A stretch of DNA of 62,759 nucleotides, filler included, from Limisphaerales bacterium (GCA_044225505.1; 5 parts of 5 records of this genome joined end to end with filler, not necessarily neighbours in it); one strand, 5' to 3'; positions 19,495 to 31,833 are shown, numbered from the whole stretch's first letter. Numbers and translations: made by a program. The notes: generated by a model from the letters alone, not told the origin.

Positions 19495-19538
19495 ACAAAA
19501 CGAGAATTGACTGGGGAACAGGACTTTCGGACAGGCTC

Positions 19539-20696
19539 TCAAATCCCACGGTTCGCGCGCCAAAGCAGGACCGCTCCGGCCGCTTGAAAGAGAAAGTTTG
19601 GCACCCAAACAATCAATTGTGGAACGACCTCCGACCTCGCTTCCCAAGACTGGGCCAGAACGATAAAACTGTAGTAGACCAGCACGAGCACAAGGGCGAT
19701 CGCGACGCCGGCGGTCGTTTCCCGACGGTGCGCACGGATGCCAAGAGGGATTCCGATCAAAGTAAATCCGATACTGGCGAACGAGAAAGCGATCTGACGG
19801 TGCAACTGCACTTGGGCAGGAGTGGTATCGATGCCGAGCCGCTCTCGTTCCTGGATCTCCGCGTGCAGCTGACGGGCTGACATTTCGCTCAGCTTCGGTT
19901 TGCGGAAGCCACTTTCCGCACCCGCGAGGCGAATGGGAGGATCGGTAATCCACCATTCGGAGAAGCCCGGTTGCCATTCGTGCAGCTCCGATCCGGATCG
20001 CGCGACCTGGTTGGTGTCGTTGGGTATCGCGCTTGGAGCGGAGCCCTGGTTAATGCGTTGCAGCATCGTGGCGTTGGTCAGAGTGATGGTAAGTTCGCGC
20101 CCGGTTGGATCGACCACCCAGAGCCCGTCCGACGCCGTGATGCTAAGACTAATGCGGTCGTTCTCGGTCTTGTAGAGCCGGACGTCCTGGAGATAATTCC
20201 CAGAACGCTTCCGGGCGTAAACGACCCAACCTGGAAAGTCGACGAACCGATCCTCTTGCACAAACGTGACCGACTTTTCGAAGCCGAGGTGTGTTAGCAT
20301 CTGCTTGTAAGCGACCCGACAATGCGGTGCGATTTCCATGTTGAAGAGGGCGCACACCACACTGAGCGCCACGCTCAGGAGCAACACCGGCGTAATTAAC
20401 GAGACAAGGCTCAAACCGCTGGCGCGGGCCGCGGTGAGTTCCTGGTCAGCGCTAAAGCGACCGAAAACAAGCAAGGTCGCTGTGAGCATTCCCATGGGCA
20501 GCGCGAACGCCAAGACGAATGGAATTAGGAGACCAATGGCCTGGCCGACAATGGGCAACGTCGCTTGATGGTTGACCAGGAGCGCCAGGATCTCCTTCAG
20601 CAAATTGGTGAGTAGCAAAACAAACGTGAAGACGCTCACCGTCAGCATCAGCGTGAGTAACACCTGCCGCGTCAGATAGGAATGAAGAGTCCGCAT
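19539..20696 (-). CDS. lptF: LptF/LptG family LPS export permease
   Basis: 3+3 TM layout, LP...L.ATLLVFGRFSADQELTAARASGLS, IGIPLG, WVPN. Confidence 0.88.
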   Translation of the reverse strand: MRTLHSYLTRQVLLTLMLTVSVFTFVLLLTNLLKEILALLVNHQATLPIVGQAIGLLIPFVLAFALPMGMLTATLLVFGRFSADQELTAARASGLSLVSLITPVLLLSVALSVVCALFNMEIAPHCRVAYKQMLTHLGFEKSVTFVQEDRFVDFPGWVVYARKRSGNYLQDVRLYKTENDRISLSITASDGLWVVDPTGRELTITLTNATMLQRINQGSAPSAIPNDTNQVARSGSELHEWQPGFSEWWITDPPIRLAGAESGFRKPKLSEMSARQLHAEIQERERLGIDTTPAQVQLHRQIAFSFASIGFTLIGIPLGIRAHRRETTAGVAIALVLVLVYYSFIVLAQSWEARSEVVPQLIVWVPNFLFQAAGAVLLWRANRGI

Positions 20697-20940
20697 GACT
20701 TCCGGAAACGGTATGGATAACCCACCGCAAAATCACCTTCGACCAAAGAGGGGGGCGACGCGGGACGGCTCCACCATGAAAACCAGTCTTGTTGCCCAGC
20801 CCAGGCAGTCAAGGCAAATCAGGCGCCGTTCATTGAGATTACAAAGACGATGTGCGATCTCTCGAGGAGTGTCCGAGATCTCTCAGCACACCCGGAAAAT
20901 CCATGGAGAGGTCTCAACGCCGTTCGGCCAAGCTGATGCC

Positions 20941-20972
20941 AAACAAATCGGGCCTGGGAACCCCAGGCCCGA
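20941..20972 (-). terminator. Intrinsic terminator after the RRM gene
   Basis: On the minus strand, tcgggcctgg..ccaggcccga followed by tttgttt. Confidence 0.75.
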
Positions 20973-21001
20973 AGCGATCTAAAATGAAGGATGCGATCGG
21001 C

Positions 21002-21352
21002 TTAGTAACGGTTGCGACCGCCACCGCCGCCGCCACCGCCTTGGCGCCCGCCGCCACCGTAACCGCCACCACCACCGCCGCCGCCGCTACGGGCGGGACG
21101 ATCTTCGCGAGGACGCGCGACATTCACAGTCAATGCGCGGCCGTCGATCGACGCGCCGTTCAAGGCGTCGATGGCTTTTTGAGCCTCTTCCGGGCTGGAC
21201 ATGGTCACGAAGGCAAATCCGCGAGGGCGGCCGCTCATACGATCGACCATCAGATTGGTTTCAACGACCGTGCCATGCGCTGCGAACGCGTCTTGCAGAT
21301 CGTTCTCTGTCGTATTGAACGACAGGTTCCCGACAAACAGTTTGGTACTCAT
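21002..21352 (-). CDS. RRM RNA-binding protein with Gly-rich tail
   Basis: KLFVGNL (RNP2), RGFAFVTM (RNP1), GGGG/RY tail. Confidence 0.97.
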   Translation of the reverse strand: MSTKLFVGNLSFNTTENDLQDAFAAHGTVVETNLMVDRMSGRPRGFAFVTMSSPEEAQKAIDALNGASIDGRALTVNVARPREDRPARSGGGGGGGGYGGGGRQGGGGGGGGRNRY

Positions 21353-21489
21353 GTGATGTTTGATTGTCCTAGACTAACTTTGCTTCCGTAAGCTGTTCCC
21401 GACTGCCGGGTTTCAAATCATCACTGAACGTCGTTCAACTGGTGATTCACCACGCCTTGAAAGTGACAAGCTATTCAATAGACGGCGGG

Positions 21490-21517
21490 ATTATAGCCGG
21501 TTTCGTCCGATTGGCAA
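21490..21517 (-). promoter_or_regulatory. Sigma70 promoter for the RRM gene
   Basis: TTGCCA-N16-TATAAT on the minus strand, implying a ~130-nt leader. Confidence 0.65.
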
Positions 21518-21636
21518 GCCGATTTTGCTGAGTGGGAAAGCCCAAGGACTTATCCTTCCATTGCGATGCAACGGGTTACACTAAGAGCAATTTGCTCCTA
21601 ATCAGAACCGCTAACGCCAAAACAGGGACCCGCTGA

Positions 21637-23688
<2,052 letters not shown>

Positions 23689-23742
23689 CTAGCCGCACTT
23701 CTTGAGTGTTATTTCCAAACTTGAAGGGAAGGTCTCATTGAG

Positions 23743-23852
23743 TTCCCTTCGCCAGCATTATCTGGATCAGGTTCGATGGGTCTCCTGCGTTCCCACGCAG
23801 AACTCTCAGCCTTTGTCACCGTTTCCAGGCGACGGGTTGGCTCCCCGTGTGT
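23743..23852 (-). ncRNA. TPP riboswitch
   Basis: Minus strand reads GGGGAGC...GCTGAGA...GACCCATCGAACCTGATCCAGATAATGCTGGCGAAGGGA upstream of thiC. Confidence 0.95.
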
Positions 23853-23857
23853 TTAGA

Positions 23858-23886
23858 GTATTAGGCCTCGGCCAAGGCAAGGTCAA
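23858..23886 (-). promoter_or_regulatory. Sigma70-like promoter for the riboswitch and thiC
   Basis: TTGACC-N17-TAATAC immediately 5' of the aptamer. Confidence 0.55.
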
Positions 23887-24305
23887 GCCGCCGGGGGCCT
23901 ATAGAGCCGAAATCCTACCTTGGACGCCTGAATCTGCTCGTCAGCCATAACCGCCGTTTCCACACCGGGAAAGGGCTTATCACGGAAACCCGTGGTGACA
24001 ATTGGCACCAGCGGCTAAAGCATTTGGGAACGGACCGTTCCCAAAAAGCCGCTGCTCCTGGATTTGTTGCACATGAAGTTCACAATTTGCGGACACGACG
24101 CAGGAACCTCAAACACGATGACGAGGCAAATACTGATGATTTTGCGCTACTCTCTGCACAACAGCCACTTGAGCTTCCTAAGTCGTCTCTTTGCGGTTTC
24201 CAGTGGGATCAGATCCCGGACAAGGGAACCGTTCAGTCTCTTGCCCATGTCCTCTATCTACAAATGACATGCCGGAGGCATGAATGAAAGTAGCTCGGAC
24301 GCTTT

Positions 24306-24512
24306 AGCCCCGAAAGGGGCGACCGATCCTCCGAAAACACGTTGGCTTCTGGGATTCGCAGTGCTTCGGTCGCCCGGTCGAGACTTTGGTAATCTGCGCG
24401 CGGATTCCCGACACTGAAAGTGCCGGGCTTATGCCGCTACGTCCCTGTCGGGACGCCAAACGCTTGTCCCCGAAACGGAGCGAACAGATTCTACCCGACT
24501 GAAAACAGCGAG
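24306..24512. repeat. REP-like dispersed repeat, family 2
   Basis: Hairpins gccccgaaaggggc and gtccctgtcgggac; homologous to 38600-38749 (..ctacgtccc..gggacg..aaacgc..tctaccc..actgaaaacagcga). Confidence 0.75.
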
Positions 24513-24534
24513 GAACGGATCCCCCGATACAGCG

Positions 24535-25203
24535 TTATCGGCCGACCGGGCCGCGGGGAATGTCAAAGACGGCACTCGTTGACTCAGTCCAATTGAATTC
24601 AGCGTCTATCCTTGCTCTACCGCCAATTCTTGAAAGAAATCGCGGATTCCGAATGCCGCTCCGCAGCAGAGCGTTGACGCACCGCTCCCTGGGCGTTTGC
24701 GGCCGGATCCGAAGCCTCACCTTCCACCTGTGAGCGTCCAGGGGGAGTGGAACGGCATATTTCATTCCTGACAAAGTCGTCTTCTCCTGCGGTCGCAGGA
24801 AAATTGTGTACGCGGTGTCGGCCACAAAATTGGTAATACCGCTAGATGTCTCGGCTTCACATCGGAAGCGCAGCGGCACTGCCAACGGGATCGCTGCGGC
24901 GTTGGTCAACACCAGAATTGCGAAAACCTGGTCCGTCGGGCAGATATACTCATGAACCCCAATCGACAGCGCCATTGGCTTCGCTCGAAACACAACCGTG
25001 GTGGCGACAGTCACGGCCACGATCAGGACAATCGCTAAGCCTCCGAGCACCAGGAGACGAGGAAGCCGCATAACGAAAAAGGTCAGGTACGGCGCAACGC
25101 TGCCGCCGTTCTTAAGAACAAAGGCGTTCGCAAGCGGCTGTTTGCACCGGCCTGGTTCGAGCATGTTTTCATTTTGTGACGGGCCGTGTGAAGTGCCACG
25201 CAC
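24535..25203 (-). CDS. Hypothetical membrane-anchored protein; start probably near 25069
   Basis: Open ORF with TM segment LLVLGGLAIVLIVAVTVA; no family recognised. Confidence 0.5.
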   Translation of the reverse strand: MRGTSHGPSQNENMLEPGRCKQPLANAFVLKNGGSVAPYLTFFVMRLPRLLVLGGLAIVLIVAVTVATTVVFRAKPMALSIGVHEYICPTDQVFAILVLTNAAAIPLAVPLRFRCEAETSSGITNFVADTAYTIFLRPQEKTTLSGMKYAVPLPLDAHRWKVRLRIRPQTPRERCVNALLRSGIRNPRFLSRIGGRARIDAEFNWTESTSAVFDIPRGPVGR

Positions 25204-25399
25204 ATCCGACCGCTAACGCCGCGCCCAGTCCTCCTCCCGCAATCGATGACAGCACTAAGGCTCGCAGATGCTCCCAGGCTTCCCCTTGGTAGGCGAGAGC
25301 GGTAGAGCCGATCCGCCACACGGCGAGGTAGCCAAGCGTCCACCCAGCCGGTATGGCGGTCAGGATCAGCAACGAACGCCAGACGTTACGCGCATTCAT
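25169..25399 (-). CDS. Small two-TM hypothetical protein
   Basis: 76 aa with two hydrophobic helices. Confidence 0.45.
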   Translation of the reverse strand: MNARNVWRSLLILTAIPAGWTLGYLAVWRIGSTALAYQGEAWEHLRALVLSSIAGGGLGAALAVGCAWHFTRPVTK

Positions 25400-25486
25400 A
25401 GGGCAAGCAGCTGGGCCACCGATGGCGGCAGTTCCGTTGCCCGGTGAGATTCAACGGGACGTTGACGAGCCGCTACTCTTGGCACC

Positions 25487-25586
25487 NNNNNNNNNNNNNN
25501 NNNNNNNNNNNNNNNNNNNNNNNNNNNNNNTTAATTAATTAANNNNNNNNNNNNNNNNNNNNNNNNNNNNNNNNNNNNNNNNNNNN
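25487..25586. other. Artificial contig spacer
   Basis: N44-TTAATTAATTAA-N44. Confidence 0.99.
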
Positions 25587-25729
25587 CTGGTCCAAATTTC
25601 GGGGACCACTTCAGGATTGTCGTGGTTCACAAAGTCGTAAACCTTGGTGAGCGCGGGCTGCGCGATGCCTTGCCCGAGGCAAGTGAGCAAGACCAGGGAG
25701 CCAAAGATAAGGTGAGAGAAACTTCTCAT
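25587..25729 (-). CDS. N-terminus of a secreted protein (cut by contig end)
   Basis: MRSFSHLIFGSLVLLTCLGQGIAQP is signal-peptide-like. Confidence 0.5.
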
Positions 25730-26032
25730 GGGTTGTTCCATCGCGGCATGGATGTTACACATCCGACCGGGAGAGCCAAGCTGGTACTCATTCGCGAGCC
25801 TGAAGATCGCCTCGGACAATCCGTCAGATCCTGCGCGGTCACGGTTCATAACTCCTGACGAGTGGCCGCTTCGGCACCGATTTGATTTCATGGCTTGGTT
25901 GCCTGTGTCGCAGAAATAGTTAGTTCGGGCAAAGAAGCATGCATTTTCTTTAACGTTACCAAACGCTGTTGCCTGCGTTTTCCGAGGTTGATTCTCGCCC
26001 GTAACGCGATGGCCGTTCCCACAAACCGCGGA

Positions 26033-26341
26033 ATCGAACGAAATGTCGCACATGCCGGGAGCAAATTGCTCCTGGATTCCGCTACGCCAACACCAGCCAT
26101 TCTCACGACATCCGCGGACCGGGGATGCGTCACAGAAAGCCCCAATAGATTAATGGCTTACGAAAATCGAAACCTGCGACGGGTCCTGCGGACACAGTCG
26201 CGCTCCGTAAAATGAGGATTCCGCTGCGCCACCACGACGCGCGTTGGGGCGAACCCGCATACCTGCGTCGGCGAGCCGTGCTGAAATGTGACGGTCCGCG
26301 CTGGGGGATACGCAGCGGACGAAGGTGGTGGGGAGAATAAG
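26033..26341 (+). repeat. ~310-bp dispersed element, copy 1 (contains a family 1 REP)
   Basis: Highly similar direct copy at 37516-37823. Confidence 0.92.
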
Positions 26342-26413
26342 GATTACGATTACGATTACGATTACGATTACGATTATGATTACGATTACGATTATGATTA
26401 TGATTATGATTAT
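26342..26413. repeat. (GATTAY)12 microsatellite
   Basis: Counted directly from the sequence. Confidence 0.98.
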
Positions 26414-26491
26414 GAAGGACAGTGCCTGGTTGGCGATTTGCCGGCGGCATGCTTCCTTCGGGGTCGGTATCGGTATCGGTATCGGTCCTGG

Positions 26492-26557
26492 ATGGACCCA
26501 GCCCACGTCAGCGATGGCTGCACGGTACACGTCCAACCGCTCATGACCAAATCCTAC
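26492..26557 (-). pseudogene. 5' remnant of a four-helix-bundle (23S rRNA IVP/TIGR02436-like) gene
   Basis: Translates as VGFGHERLDVYRAAIADVGWVH, resembling the family N-terminus F.HEKLDVY..AI; flanked by inverted hexamer repeats. Confidence 0.6.
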
Positions 26558-26643
26558 GCACTAGCCTCCGATTCCGATTCCGACGCCGACAGGAAGCTTT
26601 AACCCTCGCCGGAAGGTCTACTTAGTGGTAAGTAACTGGGGTA

Positions 26644-27627
26644 ATGTCGAACATTCGGCCAGCCACTCGACGCATTGGACCATCTGCTGTCGTCAGTGAG
26701 TTCACGGAAGCTCCGGCCTGGAATCCTGTCGGACCGGGATGGAGGCCGTTGTTTGGCCGTTTCCGAGAGCTTGGTTTCAGCTTTGAGTGGCACGAATTCA
26801 CCACCGCCGAGGAATTGAATTGGTCTCGCAGCTTTCATCCAGGCAGCGTTGAATTATGCATCAATCTCGATGGCACGGGCGCGGTTTCCGACGGGCAACA
26901 GTCCGTCAAGCTTCGCGCCCGGGCACTGACCTTTTATTTTCAGGGTGATCCGCCTCTAATTGCGTCCCGTGAGCCGAATCAGCTTCATCGATTCATCACG
27001 CTGGAGTTCTCGCCTGAGTTTCTGAGGGAGAACTGTGCTGCGCAGGCGGACAACCTGCATCCGATCGTGCGCGCGGTTGTGCGACAGGAAGCGCGAACAG
27101 CGCGGGTCGCTTCCCCCGAACCGATCAATGCCTATTTGCTGCAAGTGGTGGAAAGCCTGCGGCATTGCCCCGTTTTCAAGCCAGCACAGGAATTGTGGTT
27201 TCGAAGCAAGGCGCTGGAAGTCGCTGCGCAACTCTTCTTCAGACCACCCGATGGCGAGTTGCTTTGTAGGCGGGCCCAACGCGCAGCTCGCGAGCGCGTC
27301 GAGCGGGTGCGCGGCATTTTGAAAGCAGAAATACACAACCCGCCTTCGTTGGAAGATCTGGGCCGGCTCGTGGGTTGCAGTCCATATTACCTCAGCCGCC
27401 AATTCTCCGCTGAAACTGGAATAACGATGCAGCAATATGTGCGGCAGATTCGTCTCGAACGGGCGGCTGAATTGCTTCGCAGTGGCAAGTGCAACGTCAC
27501 TGAGGCTGCGCTCGAAGTCGGTTACAACAGCCTGAGTCATTTTACGAGTGCATTCCGGGAAGCGTTCGGCTGTTGTCCTGGCCTGTATCCGATGAAGCTG
27601 CCGAGGCAGCAGGACATTTCTGAATGA
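26644..27627 (+). CDS. AraC family regulator (PchR-like)
   Basis: PPSLEDLGRLVGCSPYYLSRQF, RLERAAELL, NVTEAALEVGYNSLSHFTSAF. Confidence 0.95.
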   Translation: MSNIRPATRRIGPSAVVSEFTEAPAWNPVGPGWRPLFGRFRELGFSFEWHEFTTAEELNWSRSFHPGSVELCINLDGTGAVSDGQQSVKLRARALTFYFQGDPPLIASREPNQLHRFITLEFSPEFLRENCAAQADNLHPIVRAVVRQEARTARVASPEPINAYLLQVVESLRHCPVFKPAQELWFRSKALEVAAQLFFRPPDGELLCRRAQRAARERVERVRGILKAEIHNPPSLEDLGRLVGCSPYYLSRQFSAETGITMQQYVRQIRLERAAELLRSGKCNVTEAALEVGYNSLSHFTSAFREAFGCCPGLYPMKLPRQQDISE

Positions 27628-28009
27628 CGAACGTTCTTCGTAACGCTTCCGTCACGGGTCGACCCGCGACCGATGCTACCGACTTTTCCTCGCGGACTTC
27701 AGGATGTCTGGGGTGTGGAATTCGGTCATCCGCCTGAGGTCCGTCCAGGAAATCCGGGACGCGACCCGGAGCTATCAAGGGCATCTGCGGTCGATGGGGT
27801 GTAGAATGTGATAACTCCCGTTTCAGTACACGCTCAGCCATCGCGCGCTCTGGCATCGAAATAGAGCGCCAACGTCTATCTCCCTGCACCTGTCGAAACG
27901 AAAGCATTTCGACGCAACTCTCCGACGATCCTGGAGAGGTTCACTATTGCTCCGTAACGGTCCCTGCCGATACCCTCCGAGCGGACACATTCAATTTTGC
28001 TATGGCCTT

Positions 28010-29101
28010 ATGAGGAGCGACTTCAAGCCTTTCCAGCAACGATCTCCGCGCCGAGAGTTCATCAAGACCGTCGGGGCCGCTGCCCTGAGCTTCTCCGCAA
28101 TGAGCGCTGTCGCCAAGGAAGAAGCCCCACTTCCCGGGACATCCAACTCGAACCGTTATCCCGAATCGTCCTCATCGCTGAAAATTGCCGATCCTTCCCG
28201 CATTGCCATTCTTCAGCTGACCGATGCGCACTTTTTCCAGAAGCGGCCGGAGATTCCCCATGCCAACGAGCGAACCGTCGGCGATTGGAAGAAGATGGTC
28301 GACCGTTACAAGCCGGATGTGGTTTGCATGACCGGTGATCTTTGGCACGAGAACCATGAACACCGAGGCGAGGAGTATCAACGTCAGGCGATCGCATGGC
28401 TCGGCGAATTGGGCGTCCCGTGGACGTTCTCTTGGGGAAATCACGATCAACTGGACGACCAAGCCAAGGGCCATGACGCGCTGCACGAGGGCAAGAACTC
28501 GCTTTACCGCGGTGGCGCGCAGGCTGGCAACTATACGGTGCAGATCCAAGACCGATCTGGCAAGCCGGTGTGGGAACTGCTCTGCCTGAATACTCATCGC
28601 CTCGGGCTTGTGGGGACCGCCTCCGACTGGCTAACGGCGCTCGGTCAGGCACGCCGAAACAAACGGCACAATCCAACCCCGGCCTTCGCCATGTTCCATA
28701 TTCCGCTTCTGCAGTACGAACATCTCCGCACCAGCGGGGGAATGGCGGGCGTCACGATGGAAGGCGTGTGCTATGAAACGGAAAAAGGGGGTGCGTTAAA
28801 GCAACTCTCCGCGGTAACGACTGTGCGCGCGACTTTTTGCGGCCACGATCACACGAACGATTACTTCGGTATTGTAGACGGCGTTGAACTCGTCTATGGC
28901 CGTTCCTCCGGCTGGAGCGCATATGGCTTCGATCAGGTGCGCAAGGGGGGCAAACTTGTTACTGTAAACGGCGAAACCGGCAATTATGCGTGGGAAACTG
29001 TCTTTCCGGACGGGCTTCGGTGGCATCCCAAGCCCGGTGACCACATCGAGAAGCTCATCGACGAACCGTGGCTGGATCCAAAGCGCGCTCCGACAGCGTG
29101 A
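28010..29101 (+). CDS. Tat-exported calcineurin-like metallophosphoesterase
   Basis: RREFIK Tat motif; TDAH, TGD, GNHD, FHIP, GHDH. Confidence 0.88.
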   Translation: MRSDFKPFQQRSPRREFIKTVGAAALSFSAMSAVAKEEAPLPGTSNSNRYPESSSSLKIADPSRIAILQLTDAHFFQKRPEIPHANERTVGDWKKMVDRYKPDVVCMTGDLWHENHEHRGEEYQRQAIAWLGELGVPWTFSWGNHDQLDDQAKGHDALHEGKNSLYRGGAQAGNYTVQIQDRSGKPVWELLCLNTHRLGLVGTASDWLTALGQARRNKRHNPTPAFAMFHIPLLQYEHLRTSGGMAGVTMEGVCYETEKGGALKQLSAVTTVRATFCGHDHTNDYFGIVDGVELVYGRSSGWSAYGFDQVRKGGKLVTVNGETGNYAWETVFPDGLRWHPKPGDHIEKLIDEPWLDPKRAPTA

Positions 29102-29547
29102 GTAGCGGTCCGGGTCGCACCTGTTTTCCGAGCGCGGTAGCGACGGTCAGTCGCACATTCTCAAAAAACGCTCCGCAAGACTAAGGTTCCTGGGTTGTCC
29201 AAGTTGCCGATCAGGGATTTTCCCGAACTTATTCGAACCCGCCTTGCGCTTTGGCGGACGATAGCGCCTCGCCCCAGGTCGAACCGCTCTTTCCGGAGTT
29301 GTTCCCGCTGGACCTGCGAAAAGCGATTCTCAGCGTTTGTGCAAGGGAACGACAGAAATTCGCAAGCCACCGGAAGCGCTCTTCCGAACCAGGTGCTAGA
29401 AGATATCCCTATCAGTGAACGGACAGACCCATTTCCTTGGCCAAGACGGCGAGCGTTGCTCTTTGGGCGGGTGGCCCCACAGCAACGTGCGCGATAGGAT
29501 GGGCTCCAGGATGACTCCATCAAACACTCAATCGCGTTAACACCAGC

Positions 29548-31833
29548 ATGACTGATCGATCTGCAGTTCAACTCACGGCCCTCTTAATGGCACATGGTTT
29601 AGCCTCGACGAGCCACGCTCAAACGGTCGATGGCAGCCCTTCCCCAGGAACCAGTGCCACCAACAGCGCCACGCAATTGCCGGAAGTGGTTGTCAAAGGG
29701 CAGAACCAGCCGAGCTATAAACCCGAAGAAATGGCGTCGCCCAAGTATACCGAACCGCTACGAGACCTGCCGCAAACGATTAATGTCGTTCCGCGGGCAG
29801 TCATTGAAGACCAGGGGGCAACCACTCTGCGTGACGTGCTTCGCAATGTCCCCGGAATTAGTTTCCAGGCTGGCGAAGGCGGTGTGCCCGCGGGTGATCA
29901 ATTGTCCATTCGCGGGTTTAGCGCTCGTACGGATCTGTTCATCGACGGTGCCCGCGATATCGGCGGGTACACCCGCGACGCCTTCAACATCGAGCAAGTG
30001 GAGGTTTCCAAAGGCCCCAATTCGGCTTACTCCGGGCGCGGTTCCACCGGCGGCGCCGTCAATATGGTCAGCAAAACTCCAAAGGTGACGCCTGGGTATG
30101 GCGCCGACATGGGCTACGGATCCTATAACTACTACCGAGCGACGATCGATGTGAACCAACCGATCCCGGAGCAATTCCCCATCAAGGGAACGGCGCTTCG
30201 ATTGAACGGCGTGTTCCATGACCAAGATTTCGCCGGGCGCGACCAAATCCATGATCAACGTTGGGGCTTGGCTCCCTCACTGGCTTTTGGCTTGGGAACG
30301 GACACGCGGCTGCTGCTGACCTACCTCCATTTGCAGGAGGATAATCTGGCTGGCTATGGCTTACCCTTCGTCAGCAATAGCAATAACCCCTACGGCGGCC
30401 GTAGTGCGGTTGGACGGATTGCGCCGCTGCCGTTTGAGAGCTTCCTGGGGTTGGTGGATCGCGACTACGAGCATATCTACAACGATGTCGGTGGCGCCCG
30501 CATCGAACACGACTTTACTCAGGATATCACCTTGCGCAATCAGACCCGCTACGGGCGCACCGTCCGCGATTCCGTCATTACCGCACCGCGGATTGTCAAC
30601 AATCCCGCGGTGGATCCGATCTTCGGACCGAACACGCCCGAGGCGGGCCACTCGGTGCTCGGCCCGGGCGGCATCAACTACGGTCTAAACCATGAGCTGC
30701 AGTCGCGCGATCAGACGGACGAGATCATCTCCAATCAAACAGATCTGACGACGAAGTTCGACACCTGGAAGTTTTCACACACGCTGGTCAGTAGCTTTGA
30801 ATACAGCCATGAAACGGAAGTGAATTACCTGCGTTCGGCCACGGCTGGCACGAGCTTTCCGTTCCCAGCGCAGACGAGCAATCCGCTCAACCCCAATCCG
30901 CATGACTTGTTTCATCCGGTCTTTCGGACGGGTGCACGCAACGAAGCGATTTCAGACGCAGTGGGCGTGTCGGCTTTCGACACGGTGGACTTGACGGAAC
31001 AATGGATCTGGAACGTCGGCGTGCGAGTCGATTCCTTCGACGTCACCTACAATCAGTATGCGACTAACGGTGTGCGGACGTCGTTCGATCGATCCGATCT
31101 CGAACCGACCTGGCGTTCGGGTCTGGTTTATAAACCGCGCCCGAACGGCAGTATTTACTTCGGCTATGGCACATCGTTCAACCCCTCCGCCGAGGGGCTG
31201 ACGCTGGCCACGAACAACGTCAGCTTGTCGCCGGAAATGAGTCAGAGCTTCGAGTTAGGCACCAAGTGGGACTTTTTCAATGAGCGTTTGTCGGTCAGTG
31301 CGGCACTTTTTCGCACGGACAAGGACAACTACCGCAACACCGATCCGGTGACCGGCATCGTCAGCACCACCGGCTCCGTCCGAGTTGAGGGCATTGAGTT
31401 TGGCATCTCCGGCCGGATCACCCAGGAATGGTCGGTCTATGGAGGTTATGCCATCATGGAAAGCGAGATTCTCGAATCCAAAACCATCACCACCTACGAT
31501 GGCGCACGCATCGCCGAAGCAGGCCACCGCATTTCCAACACTCCCGAACAGACCGCCAGTCTCTGGACCACTTACGAGCTGCCGTTTCATGTGTCCATCG
31601 GCACCGGAGTGCAGTTCGTGGACAAACGGTTTTCGAACAATATCGAGACCAGTTCCGTGGCTGGCTACTGGCTGCAGGACGCGTTGATTTCCTGGAAAGC
31701 AAACGATCATCTCACCCTGCGGCTCAACGCGTACAACCTCTGGGACAAAGAATATATCGACCGGGTTGGCGGTGGGCATTCGATTCCTGGCGCTGGCCGC
31801 ACCGTGATTCTAACGGCGAGCATGCGATTTTAA
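29548..31833 (+). CDS. TonB-dependent siderophore receptor (Fiu-like)
   Basis: LPEVVV TonB box, [37 protein letters not shown]-terminal F. Confidence 0.95.
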   Translation: MTDRSAVQLTALLMAHGLASTSHAQTVDGSPSPGTSATNSATQLPEVVVKGQNQPSYKPEEMASPKYTEPLRDLPQTINVVPRAVIEDQGATTLRDVLRNVPGISFQAGEGGVPAGDQLSIRGFSARTDLFIDGARDIGGYTRDAFNIEQVEVSKGPNSAYSGRGSTGGAVNMVSKTPKVTPGYGADMGYGSYNYYRATIDVNQPIPEQFPIKGTALRLNGVFHDQDFAGRDQIHDQRWGLAPSLAFGLGTDTRLLLTYLHLQEDNLAGYGLPFVSNSNNPYGGRSAVGRIAPLPFESFLGLVDRDYEHIYNDVGGARIEHDFTQDITLRNQTRYGRTVRDSVITAPRIVNNPAVDPIFGPNTPEAGHSVLGPGGINYGLNHELQSRDQTDEIISNQTDLTTKFDTWKFSHTLVSSFEYSHETEVNYLRSATAGTSFPFPAQTSNPLNPNPHDLFHPVFRTGARNEAISDAVGVSAFDTVDLTEQWIWNVGVRVDSFDVTYNQYATNGVRTSFDRSDLEPTWRSGLVYKPRPNGSIYFGYGTSFNPSAEGLTLATNNVSLSPEMSQSFELGTKWDFFNERLSVSAALFRTDKDNYRNTDPVTGIVSTTGSVRVEGIEFGISGRITQEWSVYGGYAIMESEILESKTITTYDGARIAEAGHRISNTPEQTASLWTTYELPFHVSIGTGVQFVDKRFSNNIETSSVAGYWLQDALISWKANDHLTLRLNAYNLWDKEYIDRVGGGHSIPGAGRTVILTASMRF

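Noticed and set aside
26342..26413. Possible CRISPR array or telomere-like repeat
   Set aside because: There are no spacers and no cas genes, and copy 1 is internal to a contig.
26492..26557. Diversity-generating retroelement suggested by the Avd-like fold
   Set aside because: No reverse transcriptase and no TR/VR pair with adenine-specific differences. The 47068/48899 repeat differs at mixed bases and is on another contig.
26288..26602. ORFs with DYDY, ITIT, HNRN or IIVI runs (also 37760-38004)
   Set aside because: They are translations of the hexamer microsatellite in several frames, with no independent evidence of coding.
29100..29547. Fur box upstream of the receptor
   Set aside because: No GATAATGATAATCATTATC-like sequence was seen; regulation is more plausibly via the AraC protein.
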